Source: Guillardia theta CCMP2712
Taxonomy: Eukaryota > Protista > Cryptophyta
DNA length: 64,000 bases
NCBI RefSeq assembly: GCF_000315625.1
Contig: NW_005434665.1
Span: 1,066,796 to 1,130,795 of the forward strand
Reading direction: 5' to 3'
A program made the position numbers and the translations under genes. The stretch's first letter is position 1. Each line of letters starts with the position of its first letter. Below, piece by piece: positions 1 through 11,264 of the stretch. The notes beneath the pieces are model-generated. The model was not told the origin of the DNA and made no database searches. It saw only the letters and a list, made by a program, of their open reading frames with translations.

Positions 1-625
1 ACTGATGTCGATGACGGCTTGACAAGCTGCATAAGAAGTAGTGTACGAGACATGCAAGCACCAATCTTGTTTGAACTCATCTTCCTGCCATTGAACGTCA
101 GCTAAAAGTATCATATTACTTTTGCACATGGCAAAGACATGTCAAAAAGTCCCTCTTGCATAATTCCTGGTGAAATTTGTGCACGATTACCCGCGACACA
201 TTTCGAATCTTCTACTTGTACATTTATGACAAGTAGACAAATGTATCCCATCACGTGTGATTCTACTTTCAGAAATTCGCTTTTCAGAACTGAAAATTCA
301 AAACTGGCTCTGGTTTGCTGCCGACTATCACTACTCATCTTTCTCACCTCTCTTATTCAGCTTCCCTTGTTGTTTCAACCTCTTGCTCTCCATTCCTCTA
401 TCGCTATCAGCCATCCTCCCTCTTCTTCTCTCCTCCTTCCCGCTCCCTTCCTCTCCTCCCCGTGCGGCATTGTCAGCCCCATTGCCATGAGCACATGCGG
501 CCGCTCCTCAAAATGTTTACTCAACAAAGATACCAAAAAGCCTACTATATAAGTAATCTTTTTCTAGTAGTTGTGAAACTACTCAACAAGATATAACTAA
601 AATCAGCACGGCATTGAGTCGCTCC

Positions 626-2061
626 ATGGTGTGGGTCGTGTGCCTGGCAATGGCGGGGATCGGGCTGCGACTGCAAGGAGGAGGAGGAGGAGGAGCAGTG
701 AGAGCAGCAGCAACATCAGCATTTGCTGCTGCCTCCTCAGTCTCCTCAGTCTCCTCAGTCTCCTCAGCCTCGTTGGCTGCTAGAGCATGGAAGAGAGGGT
801 TCTTGACGCGCGTCGTGGGCCCCTGTAGACTAAGAGGAGGAAGCTTTTTCCCTGATTGGATTCAGAGGAAGGAGAGGCTAGGAAAGTACAGCCCGTACGC
901 CGCCGAGAGACAACTGACTACCTTGGAGGAGCCTGAGGAGGTTGGAGCTTGTTGTTGAAAGCTATCATGACTTGGCAGTGGTCCAGGGTGGCAAAGTTGG
1001 CGCGTTGTTCGGTCTCTGCAACTTAGCGACTCAAAACATGGTGGAGGGAAAGTATGTGACAACGTCTTTCCTTGCCCAGTGTTGGAAGCTCTCTTTTGTT
1101 GAAACCTCGCGATTGCAGGTTGCAACTGTACGAAGGGGATTTCGAGCTCATATCCACCTGTCTGAATGACATCACGCCAGAGGAGTTTGGCTTTCCTCCG
1201 GTCTTCAGTTTCTACATGCTCGAATCTAGTCTGAAAGGTTTGGCAGAGCCGAGACGACGGGAAGCCGATCATCGACTACGTGGACATGTATCCCAGTCTC
1301 CTTTGTTGGATGTTATTCATGTCGACTTTTCCAGCTTTGAGGAGAAGAATTTCACCGCCTGCATGTTCAAGATTCCAGCAGGATCTCGCCTCCCGATGCA
1401 TGATCATCCTGGGGTTAGTCTTCTAGCGATGCTCCCAGCAGCTCATGAGAGGATGGTAGATGTACGTCTGGAGCAAAGTACTCTGGGGAGAGATGGAAGT
1501 TTCATCCTACGACCGGGAGACAGCGCAAGGTCGTAGAAAGGAAGAGAACAGAATCGAGGCGTTTGACATGTTTCTTTCAGCGACCCCGCGAGACAAGTCC
1601 TTCCCTTCATTACCCTCTCAAGCTCTGGACCTCCGTCCGTTCAAGGTTAGCGTTGACCTCGGTTTGTAGAAGCTCAGTGGGTTTCAGGTCAAGACCAAGA
1701 GAGATAGAGAGGTTTGGAGGAGTGAGGACGGCGTGAAGATCACGACACCCACGGAAGGGAACATACACGAATTCCGGTGACAAGAAGATCAACAGCTGGC
1801 AACGTGCTGACGTCATGGTGGGCAGGGCGGTCACGACCTGCTGCTTTGTAGACGGTGCCAGACACCTCACTGTGTCCTTGTTCTGATGTGCTTGCAGTCA
1901 TCATGCCTCCGTACGACTTCATGCAGGGACGGCGCTGCACCTACTACGAGATCAACGACAGGGAGGATGGGACATGGGCCCGGCCCATCCGTTGCCCCGC
2001 AGACTACGTCACGAGGAGCTTGAAGTACATAGGAGAGACGGTGGAAACGATTGAGGGTTGA
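626..2061 (+). CDS. Cysteamine dioxygenase / plant cysteine oxidase (PCO/ADO cupin family), multi-exon, with N-terminal hydrophobic leader
   Basis: Spliced motifs FTACMFKIPAGSRLPMHDHPG, VWSKVLWGEMEVSSYD, EGNIHEF (third His, ~1755-1777) and DVIMPPYDFMQGRRCTYY match the PCO/ADO signature. Exons are separated by short GT-AG introns. Confidence 0.88.
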
Positions 2062-2098
2062 GGGTTGTATGTGGTACTGAAAGGGATGTTCAAAGCAC

Positions 2099-4859
2099 TC
2101 AGCGCATCGCCTTCTCGAACTTCTTCCTCCACCACTGCATCTTCTGGTTGAGTTTCTGCCAAGGAGCATTCAGGGGAAGCAGGCAAGGGAAGCATTCAGG
2201 GGAAGCATTCAGGGGAAGCAGTGGACCTGAACTCTGGTGCCGTACTTAAGGTTCTCCCACTCTTCGTCCTCTCCCTGTGAGACTTTGACAAGCGCGAACG
2301 AGGGCGGAAAGTCGCTGACCTGAATGAGGGTGACTCGAGGGCGAGTCCCGCAGACCACCGGACTGTCCTCGATCTCATAGCTCTGGATATCGCAGATCAA
2401 GGAGAGTGGTGGGATGGGGAGGGGGGGGGGGGAAAGGGGGCAGAGAAAGATCAGCATTGAGCATGTGAAAGAAACAAGGAGATATCACCTTGACAGCTTC
2501 TGACGCTGCATGACTCGTGGAGTAGAAAATAACTGCCGAGTTGTTCTGACCATGGTAATCAACATTCTTGACTCTGCCGAAGCGCCCGAAGACTAAGGCG
2601 ATCTCCTGCTTGGTAGCGTTGGTGTGAAGATCGGTCAACCTAACATCCTTGAGTGACATGATGTGACGAGCCTTCAAATGACCTGATCCATGCTCCTTTG
2701 ATGTAGTTGGGCAAGTTCTTATGCTTCTTGTTCTGCTCTGCAACCATAGTCAGACCCGTCAAAAGAGCCTTTCTTCCTGCACCAAGAAGAGTCCTTTTCG
2801 CCTGCATCAAACATCACTAGGGTAGGACAGGAATGGGGTCATTACCACGAGGGCATTTCTCCTTTCAATCCTTTTCCAGTCTGCTTTCATGCACACTTGA
2901 AACTTCAGACAAAGAGCGAGACGGTCAGAAAACCGAAGGAGGCAGGGGAGGAATATGTTACATCTCCATCATCTTGCAGTTGAAGGGTTTCAACAACTTC
3001 CTGCAATATCATCGTCATCAGCAACGGTGATTGGATTGTGGGTGGTCAATCCACGGACAAGGATTTGGGAGACTCACTCTCGCAACGTTTTCATTCTCAA
3101 ATTCAACGAACACCGCGCCGGTTAGCTGTTTGCTCAAAGTCAGGATTGTTTGAAGAGCGAATGACAAATGCAGTTTCATGTCAGAGCAACAAGTCATAGA
3201 ACGACGCGAGAGGAGTCAAGTGTGGAGTTCAACCTGTTTGGTCCTGAAATGTCTGACAGCTCTAACACTTAGAACCTTCCCTACATTCTTGAAATGTCAG
3301 AGAACAAAGAGGATCGAACAGGTTGAGGTGAACCATATTCGTCGAATGCCTCCTGGGCATTCTCTATCTGTAGAACGAGTGAGAACAATGATGTTACCAC
3401 CAGTCAATCCTCTACCAGTTGCCCTACATCCGTAGACTTGAAGCCATCCACATAGATTGTTCTGCAGGTCAAATTCATCACAACATCCTTCCCTAGGATT
3501 CACCTCGTTCAGACCTGTTCGTCAATGCGTCCTGATCCAGCACTGGAGTTGTTCTTCTCACCCACTGGCCATCCGGGCTGACCTGGAGAGCTCAAGTCAA
3601 CAAGCCGAAACAACTTCATTGTTTCAGCACCTCCAGGTAGTCCACCCTCCGAGCTCCCTGGTGCACTTGAGGTGAGAAAAAGACTATTCACAACAGCGAG
3701 GACAAGATGACCTCAGCTATGTCGCGGACCGATGCACGCAGAGTTTTCATTCTGAGCCTCGAAAGTCAAGTTGAGGACGGTAGAGTGGCAACAAGTTTCA
3801 TCCCAAGGCCAAAGAGAAGATTGAAGATCACACATCTAAACGTGTACAAACAGGACCTTTGAAATGATGCAATTACACTCAAGTTCACGAATCCAGACTC
3901 GTTTCTGGATTTGCTGTGTTAAAACCAAGATAAAAACTTCTTCAAAGGAGATTGTTTTCGTCATCATGGATGTTTGAGACTTGAACGATTTAGCTAGGAC
4001 GCGTTAAAGTTTACCTTCCCATCTCGAACTGTAGGAATTTATCTCTTGGCAAATTGCTGTCTGAGAAATAGAACGCAATCTGCCGTGATACTGTCTGGCA
4101 TTTAGATATGAAGCAGCCGCAGCTAACAACTCACTCGCCGCTGGCCTGTCACGGTCGTGCGAGAAAACAATGGGCTTCCGTTCCGTCTCTATTCGCAAGA
4201 ACGTCAGAATTACAGCAGAGCAAAACATTCGCGAATCTCATAGCTGCGCGTGCAAAGAATCTGACGCACTTGAATTCTTTTTCTTAAACAAGAGATTGAA
4301 GGGGTTGAGTCTTGAAACAATCTGAACAATCAAGCGTGAATCGTGATCATTGAGAGCAAAGAATCTCACTTGGACGGGCGTCTGAATCAGCTCAAGTGCC
4401 CATTCTGTCCAACTCAACCCTGTCGCACACCAAGCTTGTCTAAGTTCATCACTCAGACTATATCAGACATCTAACGTTTCCGTTTTGACGGACTGTACAG
4501 ATTGTAAGCGTCAGTCACGTCTACCAAACAATCAAGAGCATCAAACCGCGAAGTTTCTTCATCTGCCTTGCCTTCAGATGCCTGCATCATACAATCACAT
4601 CACAGGACTATCAGGATCGCCAAGTTGTTCTGACCGCCTCGTCTGGGGGATTTTCCCTCGCCCTTTTTCCTGGTTCCAGCATCAGCCTTGTAGTTTCATG
4701 CCTAGGAAGGATACCAAGAGAGCTCTCGCCCCCTCGAAGAGCGAGATTTTGACATTTGAGCTGCACGATCCCTCCGCTCGGATGAACCAGGAGGGAACAC
4801 GGGAGGAGGAGGAGGAGGAGGATGGATGTTGAATGGAATACGACTTGCCTTTGACTCAT
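2099..4859 (-). CDS. La/LARP7-type RNA-binding protein (La motif + RRM1 + C-terminal RRM) with a probable signal-peptide leader
   Basis: Minus-strand exon ~4020-4110 reads RQIAFYFSDSNLPRDKFL (La motif). RTIYVDGF and TGAVFVEFENE form RRM1. VRLTDLHTNATKQEIALVFGRFGRVKNVDY is a second RRM, and the protein ends QWWRKKFEKAMR*. The link to the ATG at 4859 runs through several tiny exons and is inferred. Confidence 0.85.
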
Positions 4860-5555
4860 TGCTGACAGACAACTCGGTTCACCCCACGTGCTTTGGTGTT
4901 TTAAGAAGAGGGATAAACAGTGAAACAAGATAGATAGAAATGCGAAGAACCCACAGTAGAACCTAGAGAGCAACGATAAAAAAAGACGATGGGGGATTCA
5001 GGAAAGAAGGGATCAGGAGTCGGAGGAGTCGGAGGAGGAGGAGGAGGAGGAGGAGTCGGAGGAGGAGGATCAGTTGGGGGATCGGGGGAGGGAAGGGAGC
5101 GAGGAGATAGAGGACGGGGCTGCCAAGAGGCGGGGGGGTGGAGCGGGAAGGAGGAGGGGGCAAGACGCAAAGGGAAGATGAGGAACGTGGGAGGATACGG
5201 CCAATGGACTGATGAACACTGGTATAGGGGGTGGGGGTAGAAAATTTAACCTGATACACCCTTATATTTAGTGTAAAAAATGGGGTCAGGGGTAGTAGGA
5301 TTACACGGCAGTCAGGGTAGTGAAAGGAGCTCCTGGCATCCAACATGCTTGCAATCCATGGCGGCACTGCGACATTGTGGCAGGACAAGATACTCCAGCG
5401 ATGAGCATGCACATGTTGAGGACTTCTTCTTCAGCTTGAGATGCCTGTATGCCCGACAGCTTCTTGGGCTCAATGATGCAGGCATTGTGACTGTGAGGTT
5501 TTGTTGTAAAACATGTCCTCGATGACTATGAAGCTCTGTTGTACCTAGGGAATCG

Positions 5556-6047
5556 ATGGGAGGTACTAGGAAGGTGCTGTTGACAAGCACTCTCCTCGCT
5601 GTGCTACTGGCCTCGTGGTTGAGATCCTCGGACTGTGTCAAAGAACCTCCTTCATCCAAGGGAAACAGCCAGCCAATCGCAGAGAAGTCGAGTTCAGCCT
5701 CTCTGCACAACGTGAAGGCTGCCTTCCATGCACTGATGGCCAAGGAGAATAAAATCAGCAAGAGGAAGAAGGAAGACACCGGACGCAGCGAATGGCAGGA
5801 GGAGACGAAAGCAAGGTGGACAGCAGACGACTTTCCTAACAGGTTCGACGTTGTGCCGGGAAACTCGTGGGATGGCATCGACCGCTCTAACGGCTACGAG
5901 AGGTTTGCACAAGGAGCCATGGAGCAGAAAGTTATGTAGACCTGCAGGCGACTTCTGCGCAAGCAAGACAGGAGGCTCGAGCAGGAGATGCTCAAGGAGG
6001 TGCAGGAGCCTCAGCAGCTCTTCGAAGACAACGGTATTCATTGTTGA
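5556..6047 (+). CDS. BUD13: Small Bud13/Cwc26 (RES complex) C-terminal-domain protein with N-terminal signal peptide
   Basis: FPNRFDVVPGNSWDGIDRSNGYE matches the conserved Bud13 motif PNRFxIxPGxRWDGVDRSNGFE. One GT-AG intron at ~5903-5947. Leader KVLLTSTLLAVLLASW. Confidence 0.8.
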
Positions 6048-6132
6048 GGTCTTGTTTGCGCCCCTGACACTCGTCCAGTGCAAGAGTTTGATTCAGAGGA
6101 TTAGAACTCTCAAAGTCTGCTTGGAAGAGAGC

Positions 6133-7369
6133 CTAGACTACAGTCTTGCCTGCGTCCTCGTCTTCTTCTTCCTCCTTTACAGGTTCTTCCTCCTCCGGAG
6201 GAGGGGATATGGGATCTGTAACGCCCTTGGCTCGTTTCCGTACCTTGTGAAGCTGAGCAATAAAGCCCGTGTGTCCGATCTGAAAGACGTCACTTGTCAG
6301 ATCTACGAGACGAGAGGACGGTTGAGAAGGAGGGGAACGTGATGGTGGAGAGTTGGCGTGAGGAAAGTACAGAGGGAGGACAGAGGAGGAAGAATTAGGA
6401 GCCATGTCAAACAAGAACCTGTCGGAAGCTCGGGTGAGCGACTGGCAACTTCACATCCCATGTACGATGGGAGACTTCAAGGACGCGAGTGAGCGTAAGG
6501 GACAGGCCCGAGTTGCTGAGGGCGTCCATGAAGAAGGTGATCTGAGTGATGTTGGGGCAGAGGAGGATGAGACTTCCGCTGTACTTGAGCGCTTTCTCCG
6601 CGCGGGAGAGAGCCAACCATGGCTCCATCATGTCAAGAATGATCGCATCCGCACACTCATGCGGCAAGTCAGCGTCGCACAAGTCAAGGTGGTGGAGGAG
6701 AACATTGCCAGTGCGGAAGTCAGGGGTGAACCCAGCAAGATCCTTGCTGCTGTCGCCGCTCCCCTGCTCCTCCTCCATAGGAGAAGCTGAGTTCCTGGAC
6801 AGCCAGGTGGAGATGTTCCGAGCAGCGTTACGAAGAGAGTCCACCCGACGATCAAAGCTCCACACAACACCATCGGGTCCTACCGCCCGAGAGAGGAACA
6901 ACGAGAGCCCTCCGCTGCCTGTCCCCGACTCGATCACTCTCATGCCATTCTCAAGGTCCGCCAGCATGACGATGGCAGCTGCATCCTTGGGATAGATCGG
7001 CGTGGCTGACCTGGGCATGTTCAACACGTACTCCTCGAGGGTCAAGGGACATGCTAGCAGACTTTTGCCACGGTGCGTGTGAACCATTCCTCCAAATCCA
7101 GTGCGCATGACGTCGTGATGCTTCACTTTCCCCATGTGACTGTGGAATTCGCCATTCATTGTTACTCGAATTACGTACCTTTTCCTCGTGTCTGTCAGAA
7201 CAACGTGTGCTCCCTCCTGGATCAGCAAGGGTTCCTCCTTCTCCTGAGCCGGTTCTGCTCCTCCGTCTATACTGCTCGGCTGGCAGAGTCTAAAAGCCGA
7301 AGTCTGGGACCTGAGAAGAGGTCTCGTCCTCTGCAGCAGCCTGGACAATGAGCCGGATATGCTCATCAT
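6133..7369 (-). CDS. TRMT61B: tRNA (adenine-58-N1)-methyltransferase, TrmI/TRMT61B-like, probably mitochondrial
   Basis: Motifs LEEYVLNMPRSATPIYPKD, VIESGTGSGGLSLFL, DAIILDMMEPW and HPSFRQ|IGHTGF. Arg/Ser-rich N-terminus resembles a mitochondrial presequence. Confidence 0.9.
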
Positions 7370-7459
7370 TGTCGTGGCAAAGGACGAAAGCACGAGCGAG
7401 AGTACCAACAGAGAATGGGGCGAAGTTACAGGAGGATGCGGAGAGATCAAGATTGGGGC

Positions 7460-7600
7460 AGGGAGGGAGCAGGGATGGGAGCAGGGATGGGATCAGGGGA
7501 GGGATCAGGGGAGGGAGCAGGGGAGGGAGCAGGGGAGGGAGCAGGGGAGGGAGCAGGGGAGGGAGCAGGGGAGGCAGGGAGAAGGGAGGGAGCAGGGGCT
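7460..7600. repeat. Tandem 12-bp GA-rich minisatellite (GGGGAGGGAGCA)n
   Basis: Repeats directly visible upstream of the TRMT61B start. Confidence 0.9.
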
Positions 7601-7872
7601 GCATCCGCAAACCCGCCTCATCGAGACGTTCAAAGAAAACCAACACTGAGACGCGCCGCCGGCGGCCGGGCCCACGGCCCCGGCGTCCGGCCAGTATTAG
7701 GAGTCCACCGGGGCCCCGCCATGCGGCCGCGGGCTCCGGAGGAACTCCCCGGGAGTGGCAGGGCCCGGCCCAGGTCCCTACCCGGCGGCTCCGAGTCAGT
7801 TTCAGTCTTCATTTTCAAGTGCCATTCAAGGGAAGGGGCCGCACTGCGGCATGATTAAACTATTGATTTGAT

Positions 7873-10800
7873 TTACTGTTTGACCTCTATCATTGTAGAC
7901 GATGCAAGCAGAGATGACTGAGAGAGGCCGCACGTCTTGTGTATGCGATGGTACTGGCTGGTGCCGCAATTTACAGCGATCTGTTTCCCCTTGTTCTCCT
8001 TCCCTTGCGTGTACGCGCTCGGAATCCAGGAAGAGATCGGAGACACCGAGCTCTCCCCCATAGCCCAACCATCCATCTCGATGAATTTCAGCTCATGAGG
8101 GGCCTGCCAGGACATCAGGAGAAGAGAAGCGAGGGAGCGATTGATGGGGTAAGCAGACGCACCTCGAACATGCACCTAACAAGCTCCTCGTCCCCAGTGC
8201 GGAACAGATTCCATAGGTGATGTGCAATCCACCCGGGCATCCAGCAGGGGACGCGAACACTTCCTTGCTTCCACTCCAGGAACCGAATCTCCCCAACGTC
8301 CCCGCATAACATCTGTATGATTCGTTAGTGCCCACGGAAAGGTTCAGATTCTTCGACAACCTTCCCGAGAAACCCGCTGGACTCAAACGCTTTGTGCAAC
8401 GAAGAGTCTGCAAAGAAAGCAGCGAGCTGGGGGACATGTTCAACCAAGAACAAGCAGAGCAGGCGACGAACCTGAGAGGGGTAGAACATGGTGATGCAGG
8501 AATCTCGACGCGACGCGTTGCATACCACCACGTGCCCACAAGTGTCACGTGGCTTGTCGGGAGCCTCCTCCTGCATGTCTCGCTGAACCCATCCGATGCT
8601 GATCTCAGTACCACAGAGGGACCAGGTGACAGACTCTGGTTGGCAGATCTCGCTTAACGCGTTCTCGTCAATCCTCTGCTCCTCCTGATATCCATGGTTG
8701 AAGCCGACAACCACAACCTGCATCCCTCCCGGGTGTGAGCGTCCCGCTGCACTCGAACTCTCCTCCTGAGACGATTCCTCTTCCAGCATCATCTGCACGA
8801 ACCGTACATGCTGCTCTTCCAGAACGAGATCCGACACAAATGAACAGACTTGCAAAATCTCGTTGCGCAGTCTTGCCTCTATTTCAGCAGAGATAGGAGT
8901 CGCCAGCATGACTCGTATTCTTTCAGACGGCAACGGATAAGGAGCGGAAGGGACCGCAATCAATATTCTAGTGAGGAGCTGAAGAGCGGAAGCAGCGACC
9001 CCATCAACGGCCGACGCGCCTCTTGCTTCAAACCGTTTTGTCAGCAGTCGTTTCAGCCGGGTCAGCTTGTTCGAAATCACGTTCCTATCACAAGTTGCAA
9101 GGTCTCCATCAAAGACAAGGAGCACTTCCTTCTGTCCGCTCGCCACCTCCAGTCGTGCTCTCTTGTTCTCTTGGTGACAATGATCGCTCGCGGTGCTTGA
9201 CCCCTCAGCGTAAGCCATAGTCGAGTCTTCGCAGCTGTTCATCGCAATCAACTCTCTTTTCCCCGGACATGAATTCGTTGCCCTGTTTGAAGACTCTGCT
9301 TGTACAACATTCATGGCCTCATGAGGTTTGTTCTCTACGGACGGAGTTGGAGAAAAGTTCATGGGATTCATCAACCCGACATCCTTTTCGTCAAGTTCAT
9401 CGACGTAGTTGAGAACTTGCATCCACGCCTGTGTGTCGCTGTTGTCAATGCCGCTTTCATTTAGCTCGTCATGAGCGAAATCCTTTAGAAAGCGATTGAG
9501 TGAGTCGACGCGTCCCTCTGAAATAAAAAAGTCAAGAAAGGGCAACGCAGCAGGAACAATGGATGCAGTGAGTGCAGGCAGAATCTTACTCAATTCAGTA
9601 TTTTCATGCTGAAGAAGTACAAGCTTGTCGTGCCAGGCAGTATTGTTCCGTTCTTCAATATCTTGCATAGAAACAACTGATTCACCGGCACGGGACTCGG
9701 CAAAGCTACCTGTTCTTGCTTCGAAGGGCTGGATGTCCTGCAACGGAATTTCAGTGCAAATGCCAAACATAAGCACATTTGAGTTTTTTCACTTACAGCC
9801 AAGTTACTGTTACTGGGAGAAGCATTGCATGATGGCTCCTGGCTGCAGCTAGTTTGATCCAAGAAGGGATAGCCCGTGAAGCCATTGCTTGGAATTGGAA
9901 CTGAATTTGATGGAATCTGTTGATTTCCTTGTTTTTGAGGATACACTTGACCAGCTGGAACATCAGGCATGGCCTCAACAAATCGGTTTCGTGCCCCCTC
10001 TATCTTTGCCATTTCCAAATGCTTTGAATGTGCATGCGCTCGTAGACTATCTTCGAAACTGACCTGTGACATAACTCCGGCATATCCCTGCATCGGCACT
10101 GAGCCGGTTGCATTGAGGAACCCACTCGTGAAGTTCATATACTGTATTTGCTGGAGCCTCAGGCCTTCGGCATCGTTTCGCTGAAAAGGAACCAGAGATT
10201 TTTGCATGACATCATTCGAAACCTGACTTGAAAGGTGTTTCCCAGCATCCTGCCACATGGACCCCCGGTTGGCCGGCCACTCTGCATTGTAATATGGATC
10301 ATTGCTCTCCTGCAGCATAACAGGATGCTGCAGGTATTGCGCATTCATGCCGGTGCTTCGCCATGCACCCTCCATGTTTCCAGCTCGGAAATGCTGGCAA
10401 GGACGTCAGCAAGTGATGTTGAAAGACGTTGTCGGTTACCCCGTGCACTTGGTCAAGAGCGCTCATATGTGTCTGTGAGCCGCAGTGTTTCTTCCACTTC
10501 CTGCCAGCACGAGAATCATGACATACTCCATTCCCTGTTGTCATGTAGACTTCTAACCTCGGAGCAACCCAACATTTCGCTTTCGTACATCCCATAATAG
10601 CCTTTGCGCAGGACACTCCGCAACAAACAGAGCACCATTGGTAGTACTTTCTCGTCGGCTTGTTGTAGACGCCACCTTTCCCTATCTCCTGCTTCCCTTG
10701 CGTGTAAACCACCAGCGACGGCCCAGCCCATGGCACCGTCTTGGGAACACCGGCTTCGTGGTGTTCAGAGGCTGATGAGACAATCGGATTTCAATGACAT

Positions 10801-11264
10801 GTGAAAGACCAAAAAACAAGCTCTCTCAGTTTCACCTTTAGAGATCTCGGATCGTTGTACAATCTGCCAATCACCTTGGCATTGCGGTCTGTAATACTCT
10901 AGAATCTCCTCGTTGCCCTCGTTGATGATGCACATGTAGGTGGATCCGACTTCATCAAATAGCAAGACCTGAGTTGGCCCTTTGTGAGCAAGCATACAAA
11001 TGGTATAAAGAGCAAAGGATCATCTACCTCCTTTTTCCGAACTCCTCCTTCCATCAATGGCAGCGACACGCTAGCACCCTCTGCCCTCCTTGATTCCCCG
11101 CCACGTCCGTGCATGGACTGGTCATTCTCGTACAAGTCCGGCTGTCCTCCTCCTCCACCATCGCTGTCGTCTTGTGGTTCTCTTTTGAAGACGCTGCTCT
11201 GGCTCGTTTGTCCTCCCCCGACTCCCTCCTCATCCTCCTCCAGCCCTAGCACCCGCGCCTCCAT
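7873..11264 (-). CDS. Hypothetical multi-exon protein (~950 aa), family not recognised
   Basis: ORFs 9590-10375 and 8325-9776 are joined by a GTAAGT...TGCAG intron. Upstream exons (VYNKPTRKYYQW) and downstream exons (CWMPGWIAHHLW) are compatible with splicing. Confidence 0.7.

Noticed and set aside
1-600. Short ORFs at the window start
   Set aside because: No recognisable family; may be part of a truncated neighbouring gene or UTR.
2050-2068. TTGAGGG x2 telomere-like sequence
   Set aside because: Only about two copies, overlapping a stop codon; consistent with chance.
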